From Tubiluchus corallicola (lineage: Eukaryota; Animalia; Priapulida): a stretch of 52,612 nt of DNA. Location of the stretch: the NCBI GenBank assembly GCA_030141605.1, contig JAQGDQ010001243.1, positions 1 through 52,612 of the forward strand. The letters are read 5' to 3'. Positions 39,583-52,612 of the stretch are shown piece by piece (within the stretch, counting starts at the first letter, position 1; every line of letters begins with the position of its first letter). Both the position numbers and the translations under genes were made by a program. The notes below the pieces were generated by a model. That model was given only the letters and a program-made list of their open reading frames with translations, was not told where the DNA came from and searched no databases.

Positions 39583-41912
39583 CGCCGTTTGCCAGTATTG
39601 ACAAGTATTAAGGACTGGTCTTGAGAATAAAGCAGTTTTTCTTTCAATTGTTCTTTCCTTTAACAACTGTATAACTCCATATTTTCTCTTCAAAAATGCT
39701 TCTCCGACGTTCTAGCAGTTCAAAACTTTCTCGGGGAGGGGGGGGGGGACGGGGAGTGGGGTAAAACAACAAATAATGGTATGGATTGACCTGTTAGATG
39801 AAAGTACTACCCATGTATTAGTGAATTAGTCATACCATCAAATTTTAATGTGGAAATGTCGTGGGTTTTGCCAGCTCGTAATCCTGGGGAGTAGACCTAG
39901 ATAAGTTTGAGAAGTGAGTTGAAAAAGTCATGATCCCTCAACAAGATCCCTCAACAAGTTCCCTCAACATGATCACTGTTCTATAACATCCATCACTATA
40001 CTGTGACATGGCTATGTATAGTGTTACTCGATGAATCTGTAATGTGATCTTTATCGCTCTACTACAATCTCATTTCATATGGAATCTATCACTACATTTT
40101 GTTCATGAACCAGTAATGTTAATTTCCACCATTTTGTCATACAAAGATTTGTTCATCCTTTTCCAGCATATGGGGAATAATGGCTGAATGTTTCTTCTAT
40201 GAAAATAATTGCTATTATGACACGCAACCTTGTATATAGTCAAGCTGTTATTTTGACTATAGACATCAAGTTTGCCACCTTGCATAATTTAAAGATGTTG
40301 CCTAACATCGTAACCATGGCTGTCCATGGATAGATAACGTTTGAATATATAATCAATTAAATATGACTGAAATATTAATATGGCTGAAATATGTGTCGCC
40401 ATGTTGTTAAAAATTAGCTTCCCACCGCCTGGTCACTATCGGCATGGGAGGGGGATCAATTCTATTATGAACACTTTTGACGCTTCAAATCATTAAAACG
40501 TTTTGAGCGTACTTTGAACAATGAGGCTTCTTAATTAAAGCACCAGAAATAGAAATTATTATTAATGATTGTTTTCAATCCCCCTCCCCCTGCTCTTCAG
40601 AAAATTCCTCCTCATCGGCTCGGTAATTGCCGCCTCACAAGCATCCAGCATCATCAGCATCGTGGTCGCCCTATCTTATAAATAGTTTTTATGCACAACT
40701 TGTATACGATACAGTGCAACTTACTTAACATACTGTAGCTTAATAAATAGTTTTTATGCACAACTTGTATACGGTACAGTGCAACTAACTTAACATACTG
40801 TAGCTTATACAATGTACTGCAGTTTTTAGAAATACTGCAGCTTAAAGGATTGTAACAAGTAATAGAATATATTGCAGTTTGTATGATATATTGCAGTTTC
40901 TAAAAATGCATCGTCTTATAGGATACGTTAACAATTAATAGAATATAGTGCAGCTTGTATGATATATTGTAGTTTGTTGAAGGTTGCAGTTTCTAGAAAT
41001 ATCGCAGCTTATAGGATATGTTACAATTAATACAATATACTGCAGCTCCTGTGATGCATTGCAGTTAACAGAATATTGCAGCATATATTGCACTTTAGAA
41101 TACAATGCATTGCAGAAAATTTGTGTTGAATGTCAACTTTAAATATTATGCTAAATATGTAAGCACTTTTATATTGAATCTACCTTTAATGTTAAAATCC
41201 GAGAAAAACTGTAATGTATTCCGCTGATGATGCTGAAGCTCTAAATTGCAAATAGCAAATAGTAATTCTCCAAACCTCCCGAGAGAAGTTTGGGTCATCT
41301 TGCACTGGCTTTTGACTTGGCACATCCTCCCAGTACAAAGCTACCTTCTTGCATTGGCTTTTAACTTGCCAACATTGAAATAAATATTTTTGCTTATAAC
41401 CTCCAAAGAGAAACTGCGTTGAATCAGTTTTAGCTTGTTGCTGACATTAAAATGAATATTTTGGCTCATAACAGGAGCAGTTGTCTTGAATCAACTTTAA
41501 CTTGTTCTCACTATTAGAATGAACATTTTTGAACATCAAAGAAATGTTCAGTTGAATATATTTGGAACGTTTTGAACATTTTTTTACATATATTTTAATG
41601 AACATAATAGTAATCATAACAAAAATACGGAGTCCTCCATGGGTCCAGTTACCGAGCCTTCATAAGTACATAATATAGCAGCTTAACTCATAGTATAACC
41701 ACTGTTATAAGTATATTGTGACCATTATCATGAAACAATACATTTGATTTATCTTGATATTGTGCTTAAATATGAATAAATTATCCTGAAACGATTATTA
41801 TATAAATACAGAATTTTTTTAATTTTACTTGATGAAATGATACAAATTGGATTTTTTTAACTTGATATTCTTTTTCTCCAATGTAAATAAATTACTTGAT
41901 GAAATGATTTAA

Positions 41913-42206
41913 CCCTTTCAGTCCCAAACTATTTTTTTAATAAGGAAAATTTTTTTGGCTAGGTACTTTTGTTCAGTATGTCCATCTTGTTTGCACATAA
42001 TAATTGTTTTTCTACCTGTGCCCGTGTGTTAAATATAGCCTGTATCCCACGGGATATATTGGGATTCAATGGAAGCATAAAATGTGCTTCATTTTGCAAC
42101 TGCTGATAATTTTTTAAAGTATTTAAGACATTTAGTATGTACGCTATGCTGATCTGTACAAAGTCGTCTCTAAAGTACTGTACCTTGCGCAGTTTTTTAT
42201 GCTATG
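41913..42206 (+). mobile_element. piggyBac-like MITE (copy 4, truncated)
   Basis: TTAA|CCCTTTCAGTCCC start; homology to the other copies ends after ...ttttatgctatg. Confidence 0.88.
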
Positions 42207-42319
42207 AGCAATACGTAACTGAACGAAGTACAATGATAAGTTACGTATTATTTGTAGTGCTTAATGATTAGTGTTTAAAATAAATTGTCATTCATCAGGC
42301 CTGATTTTCATTGATATAA

Positions 42320-42810
42320 TCATTTCGTAGTATATTTTTCATCATGTCTTAAAAACGCTTTTTCAACATAATTAATAAATGCCTTAATTACTTCTAACTC
42401 ATTACATCCCATCAGGAATAAAAATTTATCAGCATCTCTCATAAGGAAAAATTCTGGTTTAATTACATTGATGTGATTATATAATTTTCCTCTAAGATCA
42501 TTGTAATATGGACATTTTATAACAATGTCTAATTCGTCTTTGATTTCATTTCTAAAACAGTATGAGCATATACGATTCTCAGCCGGGATTTTTCCAGGTT
42601 TAACGTACCTCTGTCTTCCAATGCACAAAGTATGAAAGCTGAGTCTCAGTTTTGTACATTTTTATAGGATATTTGGAATAATCAGAAAGCAAATAGTTTT
42701 CTAGTTGAAATTGTTTTTTGAAAATTCGATAGTTTGTTTTGTCCATCAGGTTTGTTATCATTGTGGATTTCTTCTTACAGATGAAATATACTTTTGGAAG
42801 TATTTTACAA
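42320..42810 (-). mobile_element. Frameshifted 3' fragment of a non-LTR retrotransposon ORF2 (C-terminal Cys knuckle)
   Basis: FQLENYL...; KPGKIPAENRICSYCFRNEIKDELDIVIKCPYYNDLR resembles the RxCxxC..ExEDExHxxxxCxxY tail. Confidence 0.8.
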
Positions 42811-43174
42811 AATAACAATTGATCTTAAATAACAAATGACCTTAAATAACAATTGATCTTAAATAACAATTGATCTTAATAACAATTAATCTTGAATAAT
42901 AGTTGATCTTAAATAACAATTGATCTTAAATAACAATTGATCTTGAATGACAATTGATCTTAAATAACAATTGATCTTAAATAACAATTGATCTTAAATA
43001 ACAACTGATCTTGAATAACATATGATCTTAAATAAAAATTGATCTTAAATAACAATTGATCTTAAATAACAATTGATCTTGAATACCAATTGATCTTAAA
43101 TAACAATTGATCTTAAATAACAATTGATCTTAAATAACAATTGATCTTAAATAACAATTGATCTTGAATAACAA
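42811..43174. repeat. 17-bp minisatellite, ~21 copies
   Basis: Unit aaataacaattgatctt. Confidence 0.95.
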
Positions 43175-43421
43175 ATGGCTCCACTGTCGATGCAGAATGC
43201 GTTGTTGTATATTCTGGTAAAGATTTATAACGTTCCATTGCGATCGGCTTGGGATTTTCTTCAAACGTCATCCCCAACAACGACGACGACGACGACAACA
43301 ACAACAATAACAACAACAGCAAGAATAACATTCAAAAGAGTAGATCCCCTCAACGATTAACTGCCTCATTGTAATCAACTAAAACTTGCAAAAAGGTTTG
43401 CTGGTTTATGCTGTCGAATAA

Positions 43422-43781
43422 AATGAATGAATAAAAGAATGAATGAATAAATGAATGCATGAATAAATGAATGAATGAATGAATGAATGAATGAATGAAT
43501 GAATGAATGAATGAATGAATGAATGAATGAATGAATGAATGAATGAATGAATGAATGAATGAATGAATGAAGGAATGAATAAATGAACGAATGAATGAAT
43601 GAACAAACGAATGAATGATTGAGTGAGTGAATGAATGAATGAATGAACGAATTGAACGAAGGAATGAACGAATGAACAAACGAATGAACGAATGAATGAA
43701 TGAACGAATGAATGAATAAACGAATGAATGCATGAATGAACGAATGAATGAATGAATGAATAAATGAACGAATGAATGAAT
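43422..43781. repeat. (TGAA)n microsatellite
   Basis: Direct inspection. Confidence 0.96.
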
Positions 43782-45020
43782 GGATATTCCTTGGGAACTA
43801 ATGCCATTGCTATATTCTAAATAACAGTGTACATTGCTGAGGGAACTTTTCCAGCGACACAGCTGCGCGTTTGGCAAAGAATTTAAGCAACGTTGAGCTT
43901 GGCAAGTACATGGATAAGTAGCGATAATTTTTCATCTGCCCAATGGACAAAACCAGGCCGTTTTGTAATCTTATATACGAAAGTCTACAATTCAGTTTGC
44001 AAAATAACCTTTTAGAGGAAGGCGGGAGTTCAGGCCATTAATGAAGAGAATATATTTTTCATAAGCATAATCAATTACATTTTTGCACCTCTATGCAAGA
44101 CACGCGCGCAAAAGTTCACAATGTTCGTGTTAAACTTTCATAACGTTTTAACCCGCTTCTTCGCGTGCCGTTCAATAGACTTTTTCACATCCCGTGCGGA
44201 TTTGTAATCAATACTGTTGCATTAATAACAAAATTATTATAAAATTTGCAACTTGACAAGATAGTACTGATTGTCGTGTTCAAAATGCAGATCCACAAAC
44301 CGCACAAATAAGAAAATTTGTGTTAATATTTTATTGGTCAATAATCAACAGCATTCCAAACGTTTTTAATAGATTTGCACGGTAGGTGATGGTGCATTAG
44401 CTGAGATATCTTTCTGCATAATTATAAACATGCGTCGTTCATGTGTTGTTGATGTTTACGGTAACGGTAAACCGTAGAGAGGGAATGTACGTAAGACAGT
44501 GTGGCGCAACCTACTTTTGTACTCATTCTAAAGCAGTCAGAAGTCGTAACGTGACAATTGACAAACCACTTATGGTCAATAATGTGCGAACGTTCCAACT
44601 GTCCTCTGTTTTTATCAAAATTATGCATAAAAATATTAATCGAACACTTTTTCTATTAAACATTGCGGTTCAATTAGTCAGAACTATGCTAACCCTGAAA
44701 TCCGTAACTTGTCTCCAGTTTCAACATTTAAAAACATGTACAAACACGTTTTTACTCCAGCAGTACCATTGATAAAACTATCTTGTTATTTTTTTAGTTT
44801 CAATGTACAACTTTATATATTGCTTATATTGTAAATAAGTTTATGTTTTTTATAATACATATCCCTTTTTCTCTTCCTTTTCTTTTAATATACTAAAATT
44901 AAATTGTCATCTGGTTATTGTAGGTGGATATTTATTAATGTCTTTCGTTGTCTTTTTATTCAGTTCATTATCGGTGGCCCTTGAAAGCCATTAGGCTTCT
45001 TGGTAACCTAAATTAGTAAA

Positions 45021-45022
<2 letters not shown>

Positions 45023-45068
<46 letters not shown>

Positions 45069-45262
45069 ATTAAATTAAATTAAATTAAATTGTATTGTAT
45101 TGTATTGTATTGTATTGTATTGTATTGTATTGTATTGTATTGTATTGTATCGTATCGTATCGTATCGTATCGTATCGTATCGTATCGTATCGTATCGTAT
45201 CGTATCGTATCGTATCGTATCGTATCGTATCGTATCGTATCGTATCATATCATATCATATTA
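45023..45262. repeat. Compound microsatellite (ATT)n-(TTAAA)n-(TGTAT)n-(CGTAT)n-(CATAT)n
   Basis: Direct inspection. Confidence 0.95.
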
Positions 45263-45271
45263 TATATAATA

Positions 45272-45560
45272 AGGCGCACGCCTGGGCAAGGTGTATGGAG
45301 ATCCTGAGTTGCCCAGACAACAGGAACCCCCTCTCTTCCTCCCTGGAGTAGTCTAAAGGAAAGCAGAGCGATACGTTTGGCACCAGGTTGGCTGCAGGAG
45401 CTGCCCGAGTCAGCGAGCTTGCTGCACTGGTCCTCCTTCGGGGCTCCACTCCTGATTTAGAAGGTTTACTCCTCTACACATGGCCGTTGGGTCACTTGAC
45501 ATCCTCCGTCCTGTAGTCGTTGGCTGCTTGTGCAGCTCCTCCGCCTAGTGTCAAGACACA
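45272..45560 (-). mobile_element. Probable 5' region of an RTE-clade LINE (truncated)
   Basis: GC-rich block (gcgcacgcctgggcaaggtgtatggag...aaaggaaagcagagcgatacgtttggcaccaggttggctgcaggag) that I recall, unverified, from RTE 5' UTRs in reptile and bird genomes. Confidence 0.55.
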
Positions 45561-46669
45561 GTGTGGGTTTATACATAACAGCTATAATACCGCAATGTGA
45601 GGAAAACTCACTTGTTTGAAATGTTTGCATCCTTCTTAGAGACTTAGAAACTGAATATATTATTTCTGACCTATTAAATATTATATATCCATGACATGTT
45701 CAACTTACCTGGTATCCACGTCGTTTATTGTGCAATAAAGAAGCGGTCTACCATTTGCTGCTGCTGCTGCTGTTGTTGTTGTTGTTGTTGTCGTCGTCGT
45801 CGTCGTTGTTGTTGTTGCTGCTGTCATTAACAATAATAATCAGATGCTATTATGCTGCAGTGGTAACGTTCAGGGTCAGATTATCCTACGTGTAGTATAA
45901 GCTGCACACTAGGGCCCCCCAACGTTTGCTAACATTTGGTAAAAATCTGTTTTTTCACTACGGTTGAGTTGAAATATGTGATAATTTGATTTGTAATAAA
46001 TAGTAAAATAGTGATATTTCTTAAAGAATATTTTTATTGAGAAACAAAGAGTAGCTGTTCTAGTTTATTTAATGATTTACAATAACTTACTTCAAGCTGT
46101 GTAAATGTTACTAAAATTATCAGGAGGAAAAAATATTGAAGACTGGTGCGGGCGAGGTAAAAGGTGGCTCCGTTTGAGGGGGGGATAATTTCATTAGCCT
46201 ATTGGTCCCTAAAGGACATAATCCGGCTCTGGTAATGACGTACATTTATGATATCAATATTAATTATCACATAATGTTTCTCATGTTTTTAACTTTTTTA
46301 AGTAAAAGTTTAATAAAGTTGTGTTGTTTCTAACTATAAATGTTTTTAAGTGCATGTGATAAAAATATTAAAATTTTCCTTTCCTTCCCATTTAAACGCA
46401 ATTCAAAGATAATGCAAATCAATTGTGCGCTATTAGATGCTTCTTTTAAAATAGAAGATGATTAAGATTAATTGGATTTGATTAAATTAGGCCAAAACTA
46501 TAATGACGGGATTGTGCGCGACATGCGCTAAACACAAGTCCAACAGTCTTTCAGATGTAATTTATGATTTTTTATTGTCCAAAATGAGCAATCATCATCT
46601 CATCCCAAAATAACTATCACATCATGACATATTTGACTGACTGACTGACTGACTGACTGACTGACTGAC

Positions 46670-47965
46670 TGACTGACTGACATATTATGTGCGACTCGAC
46701 TTCGTTTTATCTGAAGCAAATAAAAACATTTTCTGCTAATCCAATGTCAAAAAGATAATTAACTGCTATAATGAAAATGTATAATAATATTATGAAATAT
46801 GAAGAAATCAAACTTACATCTTTGCCGCATCTTACTAACTTGCTAAAGAGAACTCGACTGACAAAATTTTGTGACAAAACGACGCGACGTACTAAACAAG
46901 AATACTTCTTTCCTATCCTGTCTGCAAAATGAGGCCCATGGCCTATTTCCTGTCCTAGCTCACCTGTCTATCAACAGCCTAAATTTGCAAAAAACAAACA
47001 CAAGGAGGCACCACGTGCTTATATCCAAAACATGCTTGGTGTAATTAGCAGGTTCGTAACGCTAGGGCGCTTCCATTTTAAACTTACCTGCCATAACTAC
47101 ACGCGTCAATTTCTAAACAGAAGTAGATGTCGAGTTTTGCACTTTTGCACATTAATAACTTGAACAAATATTAAAATTTGCTAAAAATTTATTGCTGTTG
47201 GATAAGTTCATAATCATCGTCACCGAATGTCTGGTTTAATCTATAAAAAGTCTAATAAAAACGTCTTAGATCATTTTTGACACTAGATTGCTTCGCTTTC
47301 TACATTTAAATTAAAAATATAATTTTAAAAAAAGACAGCAAGATTATATGTATTCGCAAATATGAGTTAAAGGAAGACAGGATGATTTTTCATATACTAC
47401 CCCATCTTCAAGTCCGATAAAAACTATACATTTTAACACAATTAATACTGCAAAAGCGTTTCTGATAATTAAATAATAGATTAAAAACTTAATTAACGGC
47501 GGGCGAGCCTAACTATTGATGATATCACAAACTAACATAATTTTCAAAAGCAAAAATATTTCACGGCATGTTGCACGTATTTCTGAAAACGAAATTTGGA
47601 CCGACCGACTGACTGATTGACTGACTGACATATTACGTGCGACTCGACTTCGTTTTATCTGAAGCAAATAAAAACATTTTCTGCTAATACAATGTCAAAA
47701 AGATAATTAACTGCTATAGTGAAAATGTATAATAATATTATGAAATATGAAGAAATCAAACTTACATCTTTGCCGCATCTTACTAACTTGCTAAAGAGAA
47801 CTCGACTGACAAAATTTTGTTATAAAACGACACGACGTACTAAACAAGAATGACTTCTTTCCTATCCTGTCTGCAAAATGTCCTGTCCTAGCTCACCTGT
47901 CTATCAACAGCCTAAATTTGCAAAAAACAAACACAAGGAGGCACCACTTGCTTATATCCGAAACA
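46670..47965 (+). repeat. ~350-bp direct duplication (46670-47032 and 47606-47965), each copy preceded by (GACT)n
   Basis: Near-identical blocks; an ~18-bp segment (gaggcccatggcctattt) is present only in the first. Confidence 0.88.
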
Positions 47966-48572
47966 CAAACCTGTAGAATTCTTCATATTAGCTTCAAAAT
48001 ACAAGTTCTTTGATATTTTAATCTAAATTGAAAACTCACTGTTTTACGGTTTAATTTTTAACATGTTTTTTGCAATTTTTTATACATTACAATTTTAAAT
48101 AAATTTATTATCTTATTATTACGTATCTTAGTATTTAACGTTAGAATTGCTACTATTGCAAAAAGTAGAACTTATAGATATGGATAGTTTGCTGCAGAAA
48201 TGTAAAATGAAAATAAAAAATGGACAGCACAAAAGTAGAGCAAACGGAACAACTAAAGTAACAGTGAAGATGGACTTGTTGATCCTGTTATGACAATGAA
48301 TCCTGGACGCCATGTTTGTGAGTAACTGTTACGTTGTCGAATCCTATGTGTTGAAATTAAAATTGCAGGTTGAGTTTTTTGCACAGTTGCTTGCTTTAAA
48401 AATGGTGCAATTATTTTGAATTAATCGCCTCGCTGGTTTGCGCTAAGGTGACAGAATTGTGTTGTGATAACGCCAAACGTATTTCAAGTTTAATTTCCAA
48501 TACTGAGAATTAATAGCTGACCCTATGAAGTACTCGTGTACTTTCCATTGTTATAGTTTTTCTCGTTATAAT

Positions 48573-48759
48573 TATGACGATGACGATGATGATGATGATG
48601 ATGAACGACGATGATGATAATGACGGTGGCGGTGGTGGTGGTGATGATGATGAGGATGATGATGATGATGACGACGATGACGAGGATGATGATGATGACG
48701 ATGATAATGATGGTGGCGGTGGTGGTGGTGATGATGATGATGATGATGATGATGATGAC

Positions 48760-48809
<50 letters not shown>

Positions 48810-48844
48810 GGATAATGTTTTTGACGATGATGACAATGACGTGA

Positions 48845-48891
<47 letters not shown>

Positions 48892-48892
48892 A

Positions 48893-48932
<40 letters not shown>

Positions 48933-48967
48933 GGATAATGTTTTTGACGATGATGACGATGACGTGA

Positions 48968-49004
<37 letters not shown>

Positions 49005-49065
49005 CGAAGAAGAAGAAAGTGATGATGACAATTATGATGATGATGATAATGATGATGATGACGAT
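48573..49065. repeat. (GAT)n microsatellite with duplicated interruptions
   Basis: GAT run; ggtggcggtggt and gaggataatgtttttgac blocks each occur twice. Confidence 0.96.
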
Positions 49066-50225
49066 GAAAGGCCCATAAAGAAATTTCTGATTAACAAATG
49101 AAGAATAAAACTAAAGCTACGTATCATCTGAAACTATATCATTATTGGATCCCATAGAGTCGAAACATATGTAGGTGGCGACATCTAGTGCTGAATTTGG
49201 GATTTCTTTAAAGATAAGTAAAATTGCAAAATGGGCATCAGTAGTACGCTCTTCAGCCACCCTGTGGCGCACGTATGCAGCGTTTGAAGCTGTCATGCTT
49301 CATATTCCATCAATGCAATTTCAATGCAATAAAAGCGAGACGATAAGGTCTTCTTTGCTATTCGACTGATGTTCAATAACGGTTTAGCCCAAGCGATGTG
49401 CAGAACGTCTGCTTCGAAATTAGTTATAGATGCTAACATACAGAAATACAAGCAAAACAACTAGAAACTTAGAAGGGGTAGCAAATTACAAGATCATTTT
49501 GTTTTTTACGCAGTTCAGTACTTTGCAAACCACTAATCAGTAAACGTCAGTATTTGACGCAAAACCGAATCCAATCTTAAACAGCAATTCAAAACAATCG
49601 ACTCTTTAAAATATTGAAAGGAAACATTCTATTTTTTTTTCAAAAATGACTTGCATGAAAGAATTATTACCACACAAACACATTTTCACATTCGCGCCAC
49701 TAGTTCTTCGCTGTTACACGCATTTCACCATCCGCTAGTTAGACGGGCACCAGCGCCTACATTTCAGAAACGCATTGCACAAAAAATTGGCGCTGTATCT
49801 CTCACTTCAGATGTGTTAGTTTGTGACGAACTACACACGTTCGGCAGCTCATGCGTGAGCACAGCGGTAATTTGAAATTTGAATTTTTATCTTAAAACTT
49901 GCCTAGTTTTAGTACAACGCACTGAATATCTTACAGTAGCACTGTTCTTCAATTTTCGCTTTCGCAAACACGTGCAATACGTTCGTGGAATGGCTTTGCT
50001 GTTGAAAATTATTTCAGTTTGTCGTCAGTAGTTGGTCACATACATAAACATACTACTTTCTTTTATCAGAATAATTATGCTCCTATTATGTGAAGAAATT
50101 GGTGCTAGAGAATGCTGTAAGGTCTATGTTACCATATGGATGTCAATCTTTGTTACGTGATGACGTAAAACACACTATCATGGCCAAAATGTTTCTCCTG
50201 AAAACTCATAGCCTCAGGTAATGCA

Positions 50226-50650
50226 GTGTGCTGTCAAACTATGCTTCTGTATAACTCTGAGCTCTGGACTTTAAAAGCAAATCAAAAAGCTGAAATGGAT
50301 GCGTTTCAAAGGCGAAATTACAGAAACATTTTGGGTATCAGATGGCCAAAGAAAATTTCAAACAAAGATCTATATGAAAAAATAAAAGAAGAACCTTGGA
50401 CAAGAAAAATAAAAAGACGCCGTTTAAGATGGATTTGGCATATGCTCAGACTACCTGATGATATTCCAGTGAATATAGCTACAGAACCAGCTAAAAACCT
50501 GCAGGAGGACAAATGTTAACATATTTAGATTCTGCACAGAAAGATTTAAACACTTCAGCATTGATCCTTAGAAATAAATCCACTTGGGGCATTGTGGCGA
50601 GCAGGGAGTCCTGGCATAGGAAGGTGAGCAGAATCATGTCTCTGGACGTG
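50226..50650 (+). mobile_element. 3' fragment of an RTE-clade LINE ORF
   Basis: LLYNSELWTL...DAFQRR..RNILGIRWP..ISNKDLY...IKRRRLRWIWHMLRLPDD is the characteristic RTE C-terminus; frameshifted downstream. Confidence 0.88.
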
Positions 50651-51093
50651 TGATTCATTGGACGACGACGACGTATCACGCACAGTCGTGTTTTAAAAGT
50701 GTCGGTAAGAAATATAGACATTTCTTTTTGACAAGCTAAAATAACGTCTTGCAAAGCCAGTGCAATAATTCAGAAAATTTTCTAGTACAGGAACAGAACT
50801 AATGTTCCAAATAAAACAATGTCACCTGCATAAATAAAGTGATTTGTTCTATCCCCTGCTAGATCTCAGCCATTCATGCATTCCATTTAGTTTCACTGGT
50901 AGCTCAACAATGTAAACGTTGTACAACAAAGACGAAAGAACCCCTTTGACGAACGTCGGTTAGTCAAACGCAGTTCAAGTAAGTGCTGCCCTGTTTCACG
51001 AATAGTATCTGCTGATAATTAAGTAATAGATTAAAAGCTTAATTAACTTTAACAGACGGAATAACTATGATATGCGTGTTACATCGAAAACAT

Positions 51094-51276
51094 GAGTCAA
51101 ACCTCGTTATAACACCCTCCTTTATAATGCCAACCTCGCTTTTTTTGGCAAAGCAAACTGTCTATATTTGCGTAGATGTGTAGGTATTAATGCACCTCGT
51201 TATATATAATGCCGAGCTCGCTTGATGCCAAAATTTGTTGCAGTCCCAAAGTAGGCAGTATAAAGAGGTTTGACTG
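51094..51276. mobile_element. Short Tc1/mariner-type MITE
   Basis: agtcaaacctcgttata versus tataaagaggtttgactg|TA inverted termini; left end degenerate. Confidence 0.65.
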
Positions 51277-51894
51277 TAGTATTAAAGACATATTGCAGCT
51301 GCAGCCATGCAAAAAGCATAGATGAACACTGAATAAACACAAAAAGCTGCTTGTAATGTGTATGACCTGTCAGCTGCACAATAACATAGCTCATTGGTTT
51401 CCAGAATGAAAATTTTCTATTCACAGTAAACCTACCTGTGCCACTATACTGAAAGCACATGCCATCCCAACCTGTCCCACACCAACTATAGTTATCTTTG
51501 CATGCGGTGAGTCGGTGTGTCTTAAAACATTTGCCATTAGTTTGCCCTTTATACTGCCAGCTGATTTGTCACTCATGATTGAGGTTGAGAGTCAAGTGCT
51601 GTTCAAGATCACCTGCTATTAACTACAGCATTTTAAGCAATGTTTGTAGCTTGATTTGCTGGTGCTTTTGTTTTTTATTTATTGTTATTTCATTTACGTA
51701 TTGCAAAAACATTACTAAACAAATAAAATAAAGCAAGAACGGCTACAGACAACAAAAAACAAAGCAAGATTGCAGACTCAAGGAATAAAGTATTTACAAA
51801 GTTTTACTAGTTACATAGCAATTGACCTCTTTTGCCCTAAAAAGATTATAATGATAAGGAAACACTGTAACACAGATCTGCATGAGATACATTG

Positions 51895-52303
51895 CAGGGC
51901 TTGTACTCTACTTTCAAAAATATACGACATTATTCTAAAAAAACATAGGACATTTTTGAAAAAATATAGGAATTATAGGACATTTTTCCTTAAAAACAGC
52001 GATTTTCACAATTTCTTTGCAAAAGTAAATGATATTTGAGAATACAAACTCTGTAAAAACATACATACTTCACAACAGACAACCGTTATTAACATTCACT
52101 AAAATGCCCAAATCATGAAGATATGCACTTATAATATCTAATTGTGGTTATGCGCGCCGAAGGCGTGTGAAAAATACCAATAATATTCTCATTTCATTGA
52201 GAATTCATGGTTTTATAGGAATTATTGGACATAACCCCAAAATGTAGGAATTATAGGACGTTTTCAAAAAAATATAGGAATTATAGGATGAGTACGAGCC
52301 CTG
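51895..52303. mobile_element. hAT-like MITE
   Basis: 14-bp TIR cagggcttgtactc/gagtacgagccctg (1 mismatch); atagga subterminal repeats; no clear TSD. Confidence 0.7.
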
Positions 52304-52612
52304 CAAATTGTGACCCACATATCTGTTGCCAGAATCCTTGGATACCAACATCACTTCAGGCTATATTTGACTCACAATGTTGTTACTGTTGTTTGTCTAC
52401 AGCCATCTCATGTCAGCAACCTCACTGTTTAGAACTACCTTATTTCAGCATTTATAAATAATATTTATATTATTTATAACACCAAGCAGTTAACTTGTTC
52501 TGACTTAATCCCTTGCATTGGTAATTATTAAGTCTATGAATCACCTGCTTATAACACTGACCTATTTTCGGGACTCCTTCACTTGTGTCAAAATAGATAG
52601 CATACGTCACTT

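Noticed and set aside
43175-48313. Possible minus-strand gene (AACATGGCG start at 48313, CAG|GTAAGT donor at ~45709, frames at 44422-44606 and 43175-43275)
   Set aside because: Could not assemble a phase-consistent, recognisable protein; needs RNA evidence.
48574-49101. Asp-rich 175-aa ORF (biomineralisation-type acidic protein)
   Set aside because: Almost entirely GAT repeat with no signal peptide or splice context; best read as a microsatellite.

Overview
AT-rich, microsatellite-dense animal (probably invertebrate) genomic DNA. Most ORFs in the supplied track are artefacts of simple repeats. Real coding content: (1) the last five exons of an alanine-glyoxylate aminotransferase (AGXT) gene ending in a peroxisomal SKL, none of them in the ORF track; (2) a 12-finger C2H2 zinc-finger ORF; (3) a minisatellite-like, PRDM9-style zinc-finger array exon; (4) a small secreted/GPI-type 6-Cys protein; (5) a candidate orphan terminal exon. 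The main observation is that AGXT is split across strands. The exons equivalent to human exons 7 and 8 lie intact on the minus strand inside a 1.6-kb cassette bounded by inverted arms, (CT)n plus ~53 bp on the left and ~55 bp plus (GA)n on the right, while the next three exons lie on the plus strand. Flipping the cassette gives a perfectly in-phase gene. This could be a misassembly, an inversion allele, an invertible switch or cross-strand trans-splicing. A second inverted-repeat pair brackets another AGXT exon (5231-5313). The rest is hAT-, piggyBac-, Harbinger- and mariner-type MITEs, LINE and BEL/Pao fragments, and several minisatellites.
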